From positions 12,846 to 76,845 of the IMG/VR virus record IMGVR_UViG_3300046534_001341: a DNA stretch of 64,000 bases, one strand, 5' to 3'. Positions 21,009-31,217 of the stretch are shown in pieces. How positions within the stretch are numbered: position 1 is the stretch's first letter; every line of letters begins with the position of its first letter. Position numbers and translations under genes: made by a program. The notes under the pieces were generated by a model. It did not search any database. It had not been told where the DNA came from and saw only the letters and a program-made list of their open reading frames with translations. The DNA comes from a virus.

Positions 21009-21733
21009 TAAACAAACCCTCTACTTGAGAACTTAGTTTCAGGGGCCTCCTCCTTCTGGACGATGCCTTTATTCTCAATCTCCATACATGCGCGCTCGTA
21101 CTTAGCTTCATACATAGCACCATTATTTGTACCCTCAAGGCTTGGGACAGAGGCATGTACTCGGGCAGCCACAAACAATAACAAGCATTGCATGTACGTG
21201 TACGGTAGAACCACTTCATTGGTGGAAGCATCAAGATTATCATTGACAATTTTTGGGTGGTTCTTTCTGTAATGTACAACCATAGCTTTATCATCGCTTG
21301 GGAAAGGTACAGTCAGAGTATTGAACTGAGGGAGCCATAATGAGTAAGGGTCGCCGGATTTATTTAGAGTAAGTGGTTCACCCAACTCATCAACAACACG
21401 TTCTATTTTTAGGATGCCACCGACAAAGGGGTCAGCCAATGAGTCAACTATGTAATGGTTGGCGTCTACTTGGTATGCACCCTCATAATTAGCCGCAGTA
21501 CCATTGGCGGGTATGAGTGTGTAATCAGATACCGACTCAAACTGCTGGACAAATAATTTACCAGACATAAGTGGGAATCGTGAGTGCAACGCAGTGAGGG
21601 CCATATTGATGTGAGGTATTACAGTATCATAGCTACCGTAATCCATAGCACCGCTTTCGTGCTCATCATATTCATTGGCTAGGGTAGATAACTCCCCTCG
21701 TGCAAGCTGGTCTAAGATCTCAGAAAGAAGCAT
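21008..21733 (-). CDS. N4 gp67-like head-tail adaptor
   Basis: LARGELS, INMALTALHSRF, KFSSRGFV end; next to terminase. Confidence 0.8.
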   Translation of the reverse strand: MLLSEILDQLARGELSTLANEYDEHESGAMDYGSYDTVIPHINMALTALHSRFPLMSGKLFVQQFESVSDYTLIPANGTAANYEGAYQVDANHYIVDSLADPFVGGILKIERVVDELGEPLTLNKSGDPYSLWLPQFNTLTVPFPSDDKAMVVHYRKNHPKIVNDNLDASTNEVVLPYTYMQCLLLFVAARVHASVPSLEGTNNGAMYEAKYERACMEIENKGIVQKEEAPETKFSSRGFV

Positions 21734-21764
21734 ATCATTTACCTAGTTAGAAAATTTTAACCAA

Positions 21765-23360
21765 TCATATTATATATGATGATAAATTGCTGGGTGTATA
21801 GTCATCTTCAACCTCATAAATGTCAGTATCACCACCAATTAATCGAGCCAAGGCTACTTCTTGGGATGGTTTCCAGGGTGTAAGGGAGGACAGCATCGCA
21901 ATAGTATCAAGGAAGTCATCATTCTTAGATTTGAACCCACCAACAGATATGAGCGATAGTTCATTTATACACTCCATCATTTCAGGGGAGGTTTTGCGTT
22001 CCTCAGGGAAGTACATCTTGTTGGCCTTAAACATCGGTAAGATGATATTGAAACGAGTCATCTTATCCGTGTTAGGGCGAATCCCCGGCTTACCTTTGTT
22101 GTCCTCAGAGGCAAGGGTGAACATAATATTACGATCCAGCATCTCACGTTGAATCCACGGTATAAAACCACCCTGTTGACCAGAGACTTCTATACCTACT
22201 TGTTGTGGTGTGTACATCTGAGCTAACCGGAACAGGTCATCCACATTCTTATCCATGAGTTGCTTCTTGCATATACCATCAACCCAGTACCAATTACCAT
22301 GGTAATCATAAGCCCATACTGATATGACACTGAAATCGGCGGCACTACTTTCACTGGTCGCGAAATCGGTAGTAATATAGAAGTTAAAACGATTCCGGTT
22401 ATCGAGGATACTGGCCCGTCGATACCATGAGATGTCGGAGTCCTGAACCATTCTATCTTCTTCGGACATGATACGTAGCATCAATTCTTGGTTGAATGTA
22501 TCGACCCGACCTGACTTCACGGCCTTGGTATACTGGTTCAATACGTAGTCGTAATCGAATCGATCTTCCCATGAGCCTTTGAACTCCTCACGAGAGCAGG
22601 GAAAAGTTTCACATACAGGATACACACTAACTGCCCACACACCAGATTCGACTGCTTTGTATAAGGGGTCACGAGCGTTAAAGGGGGTACCTGACCAAAT
22701 GATCTTACGCTTCTTAGGGTGAAGTGCGTAATCTATGGCCTTGTATATAGTGTCCTCTACGTCGGCTATAACCGTAGCTGATCTTGCATCCGAGTCACTA
22801 ATCAAATCATCGAGTAATGCCAGTACAGGACGGCTACCATTCTCCCTGGTTCCACGCACACCTGTCTTGGCGCCATAGCCTGAGACCACAAACGAGTTAC
22901 CCTGGCTGTTGATAAACTCCCAACGTATGTCGGTGAACTTAATCTCAGGTATGTAGGTCTGTAGAAATTCAGAGTTGTTCCAACGATACTCAAGGGACTT
23001 ACGCATCTTCTTGATGCCGTTGTCTATACTATCCGAGACATAAAGGGCATAAGGCACCTTACCGAAAGTAGGTATCATACCGAATACACCGATATACAGG
23101 ATCAAATATTCTTTGAGGGTAGACTTAGCAATACCACGATGGCACATGTTCAAGGTGTCTTTATCACCTCGGGCAATAAAGTTATCAATCATTTTGTAGT
23201 GGACCACAGGTGTCTTGTTCTCAGACTCACCACCATCAACTAGCTTAATGAAGTTGACGAATTCTAAGGCAAATTCACTAGGCACATAGTGGGCATCTGT
23301 AACGTAGGATACTTCGTTCAGCCAATCTTCGACTGATTTTTCAGGAATGTCATTAGCCAT
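21765..23360 (-). CDS. terL: Terminase large subunit (N4 gp68 family)
   Basis: CHRGIAKST Walker A, LALLDDL Walker B, ITTDFAT and NDDFLD nuclease motifs. Confidence 0.95.
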   Translation of the reverse strand: MANDIPEKSVEDWLNEVSYVTDAHYVPSEFALEFVNFIKLVDGGESENKTPVVHYKMIDNFIARGDKDTLNMCHRGIAKSTLKEYLILYIGVFGMIPTFGKVPYALYVSDSIDNGIKKMRKSLEYRWNNSEFLQTYIPEIKFTDIRWEFINSQGNSFVVSGYGAKTGVRGTRENGSRPVLALLDDLISDSDARSATVIADVEDTIYKAIDYALHPKKRKIIWSGTPFNARDPLYKAVESGVWAVSVYPVCETFPCSREEFKGSWEDRFDYDYVLNQYTKAVKSGRVDTFNQELMLRIMSEEDRMVQDSDISWYRRASILDNRNRFNFYITTDFATSESSAADFSVISVWAYDYHGNWYWVDGICKKQLMDKNVDDLFRLAQMYTPQQVGIEVSGQQGGFIPWIQREMLDRNIMFTLASEDNKGKPGIRPNTDKMTRFNIILPMFKANKMYFPEERKTSPEMMECINELSLISVGGFKSKNDDFLDTIAMLSSLTPWKPSQEVALARLIGGDTDIYEVEDDYTPSNLSSYII

Positions 23361-23431
23361 GGGAGGCCCTTAAATAAAAAGTAATCCTACGACAGTAACA
23401 CATTACCGGTCGTGATTCATTTTACTATGGT

Positions 23432-23863
23432 CTAGTTTGGGTGGGGTGTATCTTTCTGGGTAGACGTAACTGATACCATGTTATTCCTAATCTGCATTAT
23501 TGTCCTCAATTCTATGACTGAGTTATTGAGGCTAGCCACAGATTTTACGAGGCTGGTTTGAATAGTGGCGATTGATTTCAGACCCACGTAACCAACTATT
23601 GATTCTTCACGTAATTTGTTGTGGGCAATTGCGGCTAGACGGGTGTCTTTGGTATTCTGGAGTACGTTTTTATTGGTGTGGGCAATTTCTATTACCAAGG
23701 TACTTACTGCGGCGTACAAGTCTTTGGTTTCACGACTTTGATTTTCTACATTTTTCAGACGGTTATCCATCACTTGGGTGGATACGTACCATGATGCTAC
23801 CCCAATGATTGTTGTAACTATTAGTGCGGTCACTATCTTTGGTGTGTCGATTAAATTAGTCAT
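23432..23863 (-). CDS. Hypothetical membrane-anchored coiled-coil protein
   Basis: N-terminal TM helix; lies between terS and terL, downstream of a promoter. Confidence 0.6.
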   Translation of the reverse strand: MTNLIDTPKIVTALIVTTIIGVASWYVSTQVMDNRLKNVENQSRETKDLYAAVSTLVIEIAHTNKNVLQNTKDTRLAAIAHNKLREESIVGYVGLKSIATIQTSLVKSVASLNNSVIELRTIMQIRNNMVSVTSTQKDTPHPN

Positions 23864-23940
23864 GGTACTGCCTTAATGAGTAGACTGCCTTAACAAGCCC
23901 TATGGGCGAGACAAACCAACCTTGTTAAATGGATGGTTGC

Positions 23941-23970
23941 AGTATACTTATTATAGGTCGGCAAGGTCAA
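23941..23970 (-). promoter_or_regulatory. Sigma70-type late promoter
   Basis: TTGACC-N18-TATACT on minus strand, same hexamers as 24708-24737. Confidence 0.65.
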
Positions 23971-23978
23971 TTAATAAC

Positions 23979-24677
23979 CTAGGGTATTTGGTTGATTTCC
24001 TTCGGTTGATCTATGATCACGGAATGAGCCACATCTTTGGCATTGGATCGGCCAGCAATTATGTCCTGCTTCTGTTGAGCCACTAACAAATTAACAGCAC
24101 CACGAAGATCCTGAATCGTCTTATCTTCTTTGATGCCAATATCGAGCTCAATCTTCTTGGTCTCAGGCATCTTCAGGTGGGTAAGTATGCTGTTGGCTGC
24201 ATCACTACGGACTTTCTCGCTGGTGGCTGTTTTGGCCAAAGACAGTTGTATGTTGAGAGCACTCTGGTACATATCTGCATTCAGGATGTGGCTGGGTACT
24301 ATGGTCTGCTCCAAAACCAAGTTCACAAGCTTATTTTTGTTATACGAAGACACGTATGAGGCAATATCCTTCTCACTAGTGTTGTTGTTCACATAATTTT
24401 GGAAGCGGACGGGGAATGCCCTAGTGAAAGCCACTATATTACTATCACCCATTACTTTGAAGCCAACATACCTCACCGCATCAAGATATTGACCTACCTT
24501 GAACTTGCCGTCAGCTAAAACAGAGGTGTAACTCAAAAGATTGTCTCGGTATATCTCACGCAAGTCAGGGTCTTTGAAGGTGGTGTTAATATGATCAACC
24601 ATAGCTATAGTTACATTTTTTTGAAACTGTTTAGGCATGACTCGGTGTAACTGGTCTATGGAAATATCTGAACTCAC
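23979..24677 (-). CDS. Terminase small subunit (N4 gp69 family)
   Basis: YRDNLLSYTSVL, YNKNKLVN, SEKVRSDAANSILTHLK motifs. Confidence 0.85.
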   Translation of the reverse strand: MSSDISIDQLHRVMPKQFQKNVTIAMVDHINTTFKDPDLREIYRDNLLSYTSVLADGKFKVGQYLDAVRYVGFKVMGDSNIVAFTRAFPVRFQNYVNNNTSEKDIASYVSSYNKNKLVNLVLEQTIVPSHILNADMYQSALNIQLSLAKTATSEKVRSDAANSILTHLKMPETKKIELDIGIKEDKTIQDLRGAVNLLVAQQKQDIIAGRSNAKDVAHSVIIDQPKEINQIP

Positions 24678-24707
24678 AGGGAGATCCTTATAATGGGTTT
24701 ATAGGGG

Positions 24708-24737
24708 AGTATATCGGGTGGGTATAGTAGAGGTCAA
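24708..24737 (-). promoter_or_regulatory. Sigma70-type late promoter
   Basis: TTGACC-N18-TATACT on minus strand upstream of terS. Confidence 0.65.
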
Positions 24738-24821
24738 ATAGTTGGTGCGCTATGCACCTATCGTCACTACGTTCCTCTGGTACCCGCACCCTGCACTTAG
24801 CAGGGATTAGGGGATTAAGGG

Positions 24822-25004
24822 TTAATTTTCCCTTTGTACCAGTGGAACAGGTTCGTTGGTAAATTTATGAAGATTCTCTTGCTCAAGTTTATCAACCAAA
24901 GCAAGAAAACACACAAAAAGTACAAGAAAACACAGAGCAATACCGGAAGAAGTTGCTTTAGGCTCATCTTGATCTTCATACGGGTCCTTCTTATTTTTGT
25001 TCAT
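24822..25004 (-). CDS. Small membrane protein
   Basis: 60 aa, one TM helix, GAGG RBS. Confidence 0.55.
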   Translation of the reverse strand: MNKNKKDPYEDQDEPKATSSGIALCFLVLFVCFLALVDKLEQENLHKFTNEPVPLVQREN

Positions 25005-25074
25005 GCGATTACTACCTCATTTCTAGGGTGTGCTTAGTTATAAAGTACCGTTAAGTATATAGCAATAAGTTTGG

Positions 25075-25103
25075 TTGACGAAGTTATGGGGTTACTGGAT
25101 ACT
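25075..25103 (+). promoter_or_regulatory. Sigma70-type promoter
   Basis: TTGACG-N17-GATACT. Confidence 0.6.
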
Positions 25104-25109
25104 ATGCCT

Positions 25110-25218
25110 GTTAGCTCTTGGCGGGACCGACATACCAGACCACTTAAATGTTAGCTTCCTCGTATTGCCCGCCAAGGTATTACGAATATGGGGGAGTTAA
25201 CATTTAAGTGGTTTTTTT
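25110..25218 (+). ncRNA. Structured leader/small RNA: 28-bp hairpin with U-tract and potential pseudoknot
   Basis: 25139-25166 pairs fully with 25185-25212 (4 G-U); loop CCCGCCAAG is complementary to upstream CTTGGCGGG (25117-25125). Confidence 0.6.
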
Positions 25219-25244
25219 ATATCTTAAACAAAGAGGAACGACCC

Positions 25245-25751
25245 ATGACCCCATACATTGGAACCAAACTACTAAACGCCGAACCTATGGCCTTAGGTGA
25301 GTACAATACCCTACAAGGTTGGTCACTCCCTGAAGGACAAGACCCCGACACTGAGGGGTACTTAGTTGAGTACGTGGGAGGTGGTAAACCGAACCATAAA
25401 GACTTCAATGGTTTCATCTCGTGGAGCCCTAAGGATGTATTTGAGGCCTCTTATCAAAAATCCGGCTCTATGTCTTTTGGTCACGCAATCGAAATGATGA
25501 AGCTAGGTTGTAAGGTGTCTCGGAAGGGTTGGAACGGTAAAGGTATGTGGGTTATCTACAACCCTGGCAGCCAAGGCCAGACCCATGCAATGTTTGACGG
25601 CTCTGTTTACAAAAGGCATGGCCTAGATAATTGTGAAATCTTACCTCACTTCGACATGTACACAGTTAACGCTGAAGGCCGTCGTGCGATGTTACCTGGT
25701 TGGTTAGCTTCCCAATCAGACATGGATGCCAGTGACTGGGGGATAGTTTAG
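25245..25751 (+). CDS. DUF2829/Tad2-like anti-defence sponge domain fused to a conserved N-terminal domain
   Basis: MSFGHAIEMMKLG.KVSRKGWNGKGMW...WLASQSDMDASDW matches Tad2/DUF2829 pattern; N-terminal YIGTK...SWSPKDVFE. Confidence 0.75.
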   Translation: MTPYIGTKLLNAEPMALGEYNTLQGWSLPEGQDPDTEGYLVEYVGGGKPNHKDFNGFISWSPKDVFEASYQKSGSMSFGHAIEMMKLGCKVSRKGWNGKGMWVIYNPGSQGQTHAMFDGSVYKRHGLDNCEILPHFDMYTVNAEGRRAMLPGWLASQSDMDASDWGIV

Positions 25752-25926
25752 TGTCTTACGACGCACTACCTATACCTGATCGGTACCAACCAGAGCCTAA
25801 GGCCCCAACACCTACTCTTCAAACAATTGGGGGGCAGACGCCCCTATACTGGGCAATCAAGTCGGCCAACCTAGATATGGAGGCAGAAGTGTTAGATTTC
25901 GATGAATCATTGCTGCAGTTTGAAGA

Positions 25927-26175
25927 ATGACACACGAAGGGTTAAAGCGGGCTCAGTGGCTCGTCAAACAAATCAAGAACACTGAACAGAACCTCAACCA
26001 AGATCAGCACGTAGAAGTTAATGGTTACGGTGGGTGGTCTATGTGCAACATACCTGAGGTACATGACGCACTGGATGAGTTAAAGAGAATGGGGGATCAA
26101 ATTATGAAAGCACAAGGCCGTGCCACCCTATCATCAATGAAAGCAGAACTTCTATCCTTAGGAGTGGAGGACTAG
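25927..26175 (+). CDS. Hypothetical protein
   Basis: 82-aa ORF ending at convergent terminator. Confidence 0.6.
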   Translation: MTHEGLKRAQWLVKQIKNTEQNLNQDQHVEVNGYGGWSMCNIPEVHDALDELKRMGDQIMKAQGRATLSSMKAELLSLGVED

Positions 26176-26179
26176 ACAT

Positions 26180-26203
26180 AAAAAAGCCCCTGTGAAGGGG
26201 CTT
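26180..26203 (-). terminator. Terminator between convergent genes
   Basis: AAGCCCCT-N4-AGGGGCTT with flanking A run. Confidence 0.7.
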
Positions 26204-26241
26204 AGTAGATATGTATCACCTGTCTTGTCGGGTAAGTGAGG

Positions 26242-26511
26242 TTACACAGTACACCTCATCAACAATGCTTTCAACCTCAAATCTTTGCCATCCACGAACT
26301 TAACCTTCTGCGGGTTATCCCCCAAAAATTTGTATATTAGATCACTCACGAAAGTACACCCCACCTTTTCATGACCCAACTCAGCACGAATAAGGTAGTG
26401 GGGTAACTCAACTTGTTCCTGACTACGCATCATCTGCTTCATAAGCTCAACCGTGTAATACCTGTCAGGCTTACTCCCCTCATAAACGAATCTTACATAA
26501 TCATCACTCAT
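26242..26511 (-). CDS. Small protein with LKxLL motif
   Basis: ends KDLRLKALLMRCTV. Confidence 0.6.
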   Translation of the reverse strand: MSDDYVRFVYEGSKPDRYYTVELMKQMMRSQEQVELPHYLIRAELGHEKVGCTFVSDLIYKFLGDNPQKVKFVDGKDLRLKALLMRCTV

Positions 26512-26918
26512 GCCACCACCGCCTTCATAACCGCGGTACCGTAATCCGCTGCCCAATCAATATTCGTAATAGGCTCAGGCTTCGGCCCAACAAGCAAAGC
26601 TCTCAACTTAATAACCTTATCTTCCTCATACCTAACCGCAGTCACAACGTCACTATCAACAAGGTTATTGGCCCAAGTCCTACCACGTTGACTCTCAGGC
26701 AAAACAACAATCATAGGTACCGACTCACCATGTGCCGCCCAAATAGCATTAGCAACACCTGAACCATTAAGCTTAACAACGACATATCTCTCCACACCAT
26801 CTGGGTGTAAGAACATAATAGTGCCACGAGGTTGAATCATAATAATCATCCGCCAAGGAGAAGGGACGACCATCATACACCTACAACTAAGATTCGCCAT
26901 AGACAGTATTCGCTCCAC
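26508..26918 (-). CDS. Small protein with LRxLL motif (start uncertain)
   Basis: KVIKLRALL; ATGA overlap with next gene. Confidence 0.55.
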   Translation of the reverse strand: MERILSMANLSCRCMMVVPSPWRMIIMIQPRGTIMFLHPDGVERYVVVKLNGSGVANAIWAAHGESVPMIVVLPESQRGRTWANNLVDSDVVTAVRYEEDKVIKLRALLVGPKPEPITNIDWAADYGTAVMKAVVA

Positions 26919-27052
26919 ATAATTTTTTAGAAAAACTATTTTGAGATTTGTGATAATTGGGTATGAGTTCAGTACTGATGGAACGGGAACCGTAAATCGG
27001 AAGTACCCCCCCTACTTCAATCCTAATACCTATCGCCTACCCACCCTCGTCA

Positions 27053-27074
27053 TCCACCTAACGGTGGAGTAAGG
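27053..27074 (+). promoter_or_regulatory. Hairpin promoter 1 (putative virion RNAP early promoter)
   Basis: TCCACC-TAAC-GGTGGA then GTAAGG. Confidence 0.75.
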
Positions 27075-27154
27075 ATGATACGTAGCACTAGCTCATCCAG
27101 CGTAGCTGGCACGTGGAGACCAGCAACTTAATTCAATCATTGGAGCATCACATC

Positions 27155-27367
27155 ATGTGGGCAGCAATAGCACAAGTATGGGCATTCATCGGATCACTAG
27201 CATCAGCAGCTAACAACGCAGCTACAGCTATCGAGAAATGCACCTTGGTCGCAGACCAAGCAGCAGACAACTTCCTAGCCGAAGAGTCAGCTAAACAAGC
27301 AGAACGCAAGATCATCCTTGCATCACGCTTAGCAGCCATTCAAGCAGAGCACGAAGCAGTAGCCTAG
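27155..27367 (+). CDS. First early gene (Ala-rich helical protein)
   Basis: GGAG RBS; first ORF after hairpin promoter 1. Confidence 0.7.
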   Translation: MWAAIAQVWAFIGSLASAANNAATAIEKCTLVADQAADNFLAEESAKQAERKIILASRLAAIQAEHEAVA

Positions 27368-27537
27368 TAGCAGCCTCCTCAGGGAGGCCTTACTACTTAT
27401 ACACACCAACACACTACACACCCTCAAAGATAGCTCCTATGAAAGGAGAGAGGCTCAGGATTGGTTATATCACGGTATATCTACCGAATAGGCCTTCCTG
27501 ACAAGTCAGGCTAAACCGATACATACCCGATATGCTC

Positions 27538-27557
27538 CCACTAACGTGGTAGAAGGG
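27538..27557 (+). promoter_or_regulatory. Hairpin promoter 2
   Basis: CCAC-TAAC-GTGG-TAGAAGGG. Confidence 0.75.
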
Positions 27558-27590
27558 TAATCTCATACATCTAACTCAAGGTAAATACTT

Positions 27591-27905
27591 ATGCTAAGTA
27601 GCACACATGTAATCCCTTACATAGACACACTTTTAGGTATGTACTGTGAGTACAAACAGAACAAGTACATAGTAGTAAACGATTCTATTAGTGGTCTTGT
27701 TAAGATCACGAGTGGAACAGTACAACTACATGTAAAAGTATCTAACGTGGTCTTCCTCAAACTTCCTCAAGCACCAATTGTCAGCCATAAAGGACTGTCA
27801 TACATAAGGACTGTCAAAGGACACATCTTCAGTTTAGCAACAGGCAGACTTATGAAGTGGGGGGTTAACAACGGAGACCGCAAAAACATACTGTCTGCGG
27901 AGTAA
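27591..27905 (+). CDS. Hypothetical early protein
   Basis: 104-aa ORF between hairpin promoters 2 and 3. Confidence 0.6.
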   Translation: MLSSTHVIPYIDTLLGMYCEYKQNKYIVVNDSISGLVKITSGTVQLHVKVSNVVFLKLPQAPIVSHKGLSYIRTVKGHIFSLATGRLMKWGVNNGDRKNILSAE

Positions 27906-27919
27906 ACACATACCTCATA

Positions 27920-27940
27920 ACCACTAACGTGGTAGTGAGG
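27920..27940 (+). promoter_or_regulatory. Hairpin promoter 3
   Basis: ACCAC-TAAC-GTGGT-AGTGAGG. Confidence 0.75.
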
Positions 27941-27967
27941 TAATCACACAAGTCTAGGAGAAGTCTC

Positions 27968-28405
27968 ATGAAGTATTGGGCAGGCACTACAATCACATCA
28001 ATGACAGGCAGCAACATCTTCGTCTTCGGGTCTAATCCTGAAGGCAGACATGGAATGGGTGCAGCTAAAGCAGCAATGGCCTTTGGTGCTAAGTATGGTA
28101 AGGGTCGTGGTCGTCAAGGCAACACCTACGCACTACCAACAAAGAACCTGAAGGCTGGGTTCTATGAACGGGCATCAGGCATCACCTATGAGAATGCTGG
28201 TAAGCGCAGCATTACTCTTGAGCAGATCAAAGACAACATCATTGAGTTGTACAAAGATGCTCATATGAACCCCACACTTACTTACTTCGTTGTCTACCAA
28301 ACCAACAGTAATAACCTCAATGGGTATTCACCTAATGAGATCATCGAGCAGTTCACCTCATTGGATATGCCGGACAATATACGCATACACAACAGCTTTC
28401 GATAG
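27968..28405 (+). CDS. A1S_2505-family / macrodomain-like phage protein
   Basis: IFVFGSNPEGRHGMGAAKAA...GNTYALPTK. Confidence 0.65.
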   Translation: MKYWAGTTITSMTGSNIFVFGSNPEGRHGMGAAKAAMAFGAKYGKGRGRQGNTYALPTKNLKAGFYERASGITYENAGKRSITLEQIKDNIIELYKDAHMNPTLTYFVVYQTNSNNLNGYSPNEIIEQFTSLDMPDNIRIHNSFR

Positions 28406-28423
28406 GCTAACGCCTTAGTTAGG
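28404..28423 (+). promoter_or_regulatory. Hairpin promoter 4
   Basis: AGGC-TAAC-GCCT-TAGTTAGG. Confidence 0.75.
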
Positions 28424-28781
28424 TATCAATAGAACTATTGGAGAAGTCTATGCCAGCTCAAGAACTACTAGCACAAGCCTCATTAGGTGAGTCGTACCCA
28501 AGCCATGAATACTCATGTGCTATGTACATTGCACCAATCAACCTCGATGGGCTCAACAACATCGAGATACATGCACCAACCCAAGAAGAAGCAGAAGCTA
28601 TTCGCTCTCTTGTGTTTGAGGCAATCCAACACATTCACTCTTTAGGAGAGTCGCATGGTAACTAAACCTATGATCCAAGGCTTTCTCATAGCCCTCACAG
28701 TCGTTGTACTTAGCACAGTAGCCATTAGGCTACTTTGTATGTACGCAGTCTCAATCGCCGCTTAAATCCAAGGAGAACGCT

Positions 28782-28955
28782 ATGGATGTCATGCCTAAAC
28801 CCGCAGGACACGGTGAGTGTAATAACTCGACCAAATATTGCACTACATGTGGTGCCTGTAACCCACCTAGAACACCTTGTCGTAGTTGTGGTGGACGCAC
28901 ACAAGTAAGTAACCCAACTCAAGTAGGTTATCCAGATAACTACAAGACCTTTTAA
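28782..28955 (+). CDS. Small Cys-rich (zinc ribbon) protein, not in ORF track
   Basis: AAGGAG RBS; 57 aa with CTTC...CRSCGG. Confidence 0.6.
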   Translation: MDVMPKPAGHGECNNSTKYCTTCGACNPPRTPCRSCGGRTQVSNPTQVGYPDNYKTF

Positions 28956-29483
28956 TCCAAGGAGAACACCGTGACTAAAATTAGAACTTATGGGTATCAA
29001 TGCCCATTCGATGGTAAGAACTTACAAGCTGATCTCGTTATTGGTCTTAAAACATTGATTGGTCGTCGTGTCACTCGTAGCGCCAATGCGTCTATGGGCA
29101 CGATCATCGACACTGAAATGTCTGATCATGGTTGTGTGATTATTCATGTCACTTGGGATACGGGCCACAAAGGTAATACCTATGGGCCAGCCTCACTAAT
29201 CATAATACCTGACTAGGAGAATACCGTGCCTACATTGGTTGAGTTCAAAGAACAGATACTGGGTACGCTACATGACGAGGAAGCCATTCAAAAAGTTGAA
29301 AGGTATTTCGAGTTATTAGCGGACCATGAAAACCATACCGCAGAAGAGATCACCTCACATACCCGTGAGATGCTAGACCTGCATACATTGAAGCCAAAGC
29401 ATGTAAGTATGTTGTACAGCTACTACATGAACTCTAAATACTATCAATCAATCAAAGATCTAGGCTTTAGATAAACACCTCAT

Positions 29484-29507
29484 AACCCCACGGTTGTGGG
29501 GTTTTTT
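29484..29507 (+). terminator. Rho-independent terminator
   Basis: AACCCCAC-GGTT-GTGGGGTT then T run. Confidence 0.8.
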
Positions 29508-29570
29508 CGTTTACACACCTTTACACACCTCGCGTGTTTACTGCACATGCGTAGCCAGTCCGAAAAAAAG

Positions 29571-29590
29571 GGGCTAACGCCCTAGTAAGG
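29571..29590 (+). promoter_or_regulatory. Hairpin promoter 5
   Basis: GGGC-TAAC-GCCC-TAGTAAGG. Confidence 0.75.
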
Positions 29591-29632
29591 GGAATCACCC
29601 CAACCTTTTAATCACTCCGGAATACAAAAATC

Positions 29633-29905
29633 ATGGCATATCCTAGCACTGCTCCATCTCAAGCAAACCGCAACAGCATTAAAGTGGCGGCTGCATTCTT
29701 GAACATCACCATCAAAGACTCTGCCGGTAACCCTCGACGCATCGGTGGACTGCCTTTGTACGCAGAAAACAAAACTCACGTTGGTATCCTAGCTAAGTTA
29801 CAAGCTACGGAAGAAGCTAAGGCTGGTAGTAAAGAGTCTAAGTTCAAGTTTGTTGTTGACTACGAATTACGTTTAAACGACGCAGATGAAGTCGTTACAT
29901 TCTAA
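29633..29905 (+). CDS. N4 gp2/Drc-like ssDNA-binding RNAP II activator
   Basis: AAAFLNITI...RRIGGLPL pattern; early position behind hairpin promoter. Confidence 0.6.
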   Translation: MAYPSTAPSQANRNSIKVAAAFLNITIKDSAGNPRRIGGLPLYAENKTHVGILAKLQATEEAKAGSKESKFKFVVDYELRLNDADEVVTF

Positions 29906-31217
29906 GTAGTTCCCAAAGGGCATCCATATTGGGTGCCCTTTACTTTGTTTGGGGATAGAACCATGGAACCATCAATAATATTAGCCTCTATAGGCGGTGC
30001 AGTCATTTGGGGTCTTATCAAGGTGGTGCTCCAAGCCATCTTTGGTAACCGTAAGAGGCTCAAACCTGTACCTTATGTAGGTCACATGCAGTATTGCCGT
30101 GATCACATGCAAGAACCAAATCAATCACATTATGCAGACCACAACTGTGATCACTGTAAAGCCTTAGCCAAATTTGAATCGGAGCGCGGATAGTATGAAA
30201 AAAGTATTAGATACAACTACACCACATGTGTTTGTTAACCCACTATCCGTTCAACGTAGTTTTGTGCCTCTTGGACGCTTCGTTGATACACCGATGGATG
30301 GTGGTGTGTTACCTCGTGAATACGACCTGTATGCCATTATACATCCAACAGCCAACGAGCTGAGTGATGTGAAGATAGGTGTACGCTTTGGTGCCAGTCT
30401 CAACGACAAGATGAGTGATGACCTGTCTCGCATCAACAACAGTGGTGTCCATACTCCAATGGATGAAGTAGCAAAACGTGCAATCAAGCACCTATTTTTT
30501 ACAAGGAAGAAGTAGTATGAACCGATCACCTATGTATAAAAACATGTGTGGGCGTCAAGTTGACCCTGACTTCACTGAGAAGCAGCTAGTGCCTGAGATA
30601 CAGAAAGCTGCTTTATCACTGATCAAGTGTGAGGCTGCTGTACATGCTGGTAACCCTGAGGCTGAAGCTGCTTTCGATGATCTTAGTGCAAACCTTAAGT
30701 TTGAAATCAGCAACAACATGTTCCTTGTTAAAGGGACGATCATACTGCGTGAGTGTGCTAAACAGTTCGACTTAGCCATCCTTGCAGCACATGAGTCCAC
30801 CCAACAGCGTTACTGCTACTGATGGATACTCAAATCGATCTAGTCTTTAACCCAACTCGTAAACGGAGAGTCACCGTGACTTCAAACATCAAGAAGATTC
30901 CGCATACACCTACAGAATTTGTAGCTAAAAACCGTGATAACAAGGCTGTTGTAGCCCAGTTGTCTATCTTTCCTGCTGGTCGCTTACAAGAACTAGCCCA
31001 AGCATTGGGTTTAGTTGCTGTCCGTGAGGGTATGTCTCGTCCTACACATCTAGCTGTTCGTGAAGGATATATGGCGTACACCAGCTCTGAAGATGGTAAG
31101 TCCAGTAAAATGTCTTACACCAATAAGGGTATTCGTTACATAAAAGAATACTTACACCACATCCCTAAGTAACTTCAACGCCCTCACAAGAGGGCAACAA
31201 CCACTACAGAAGAGAGA

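Noticed and set aside
918-22152. Numerous plus-strand ORFs antisense to structural genes, and minus-strand ORFs within replication genes
   Set aside because: Shadow frames of well-supported genes with no independent signals
25188-25244. N-terminal extension of the Tad2-like ORF
   Set aside because: Lies within the hairpin/U-tract; the RBS supports ATG 25245
30822-31172. QLSIF / QIDLVF beta-clamp-like motifs
   Set aside because: Short motifs that arise easily by chance; no supporting context
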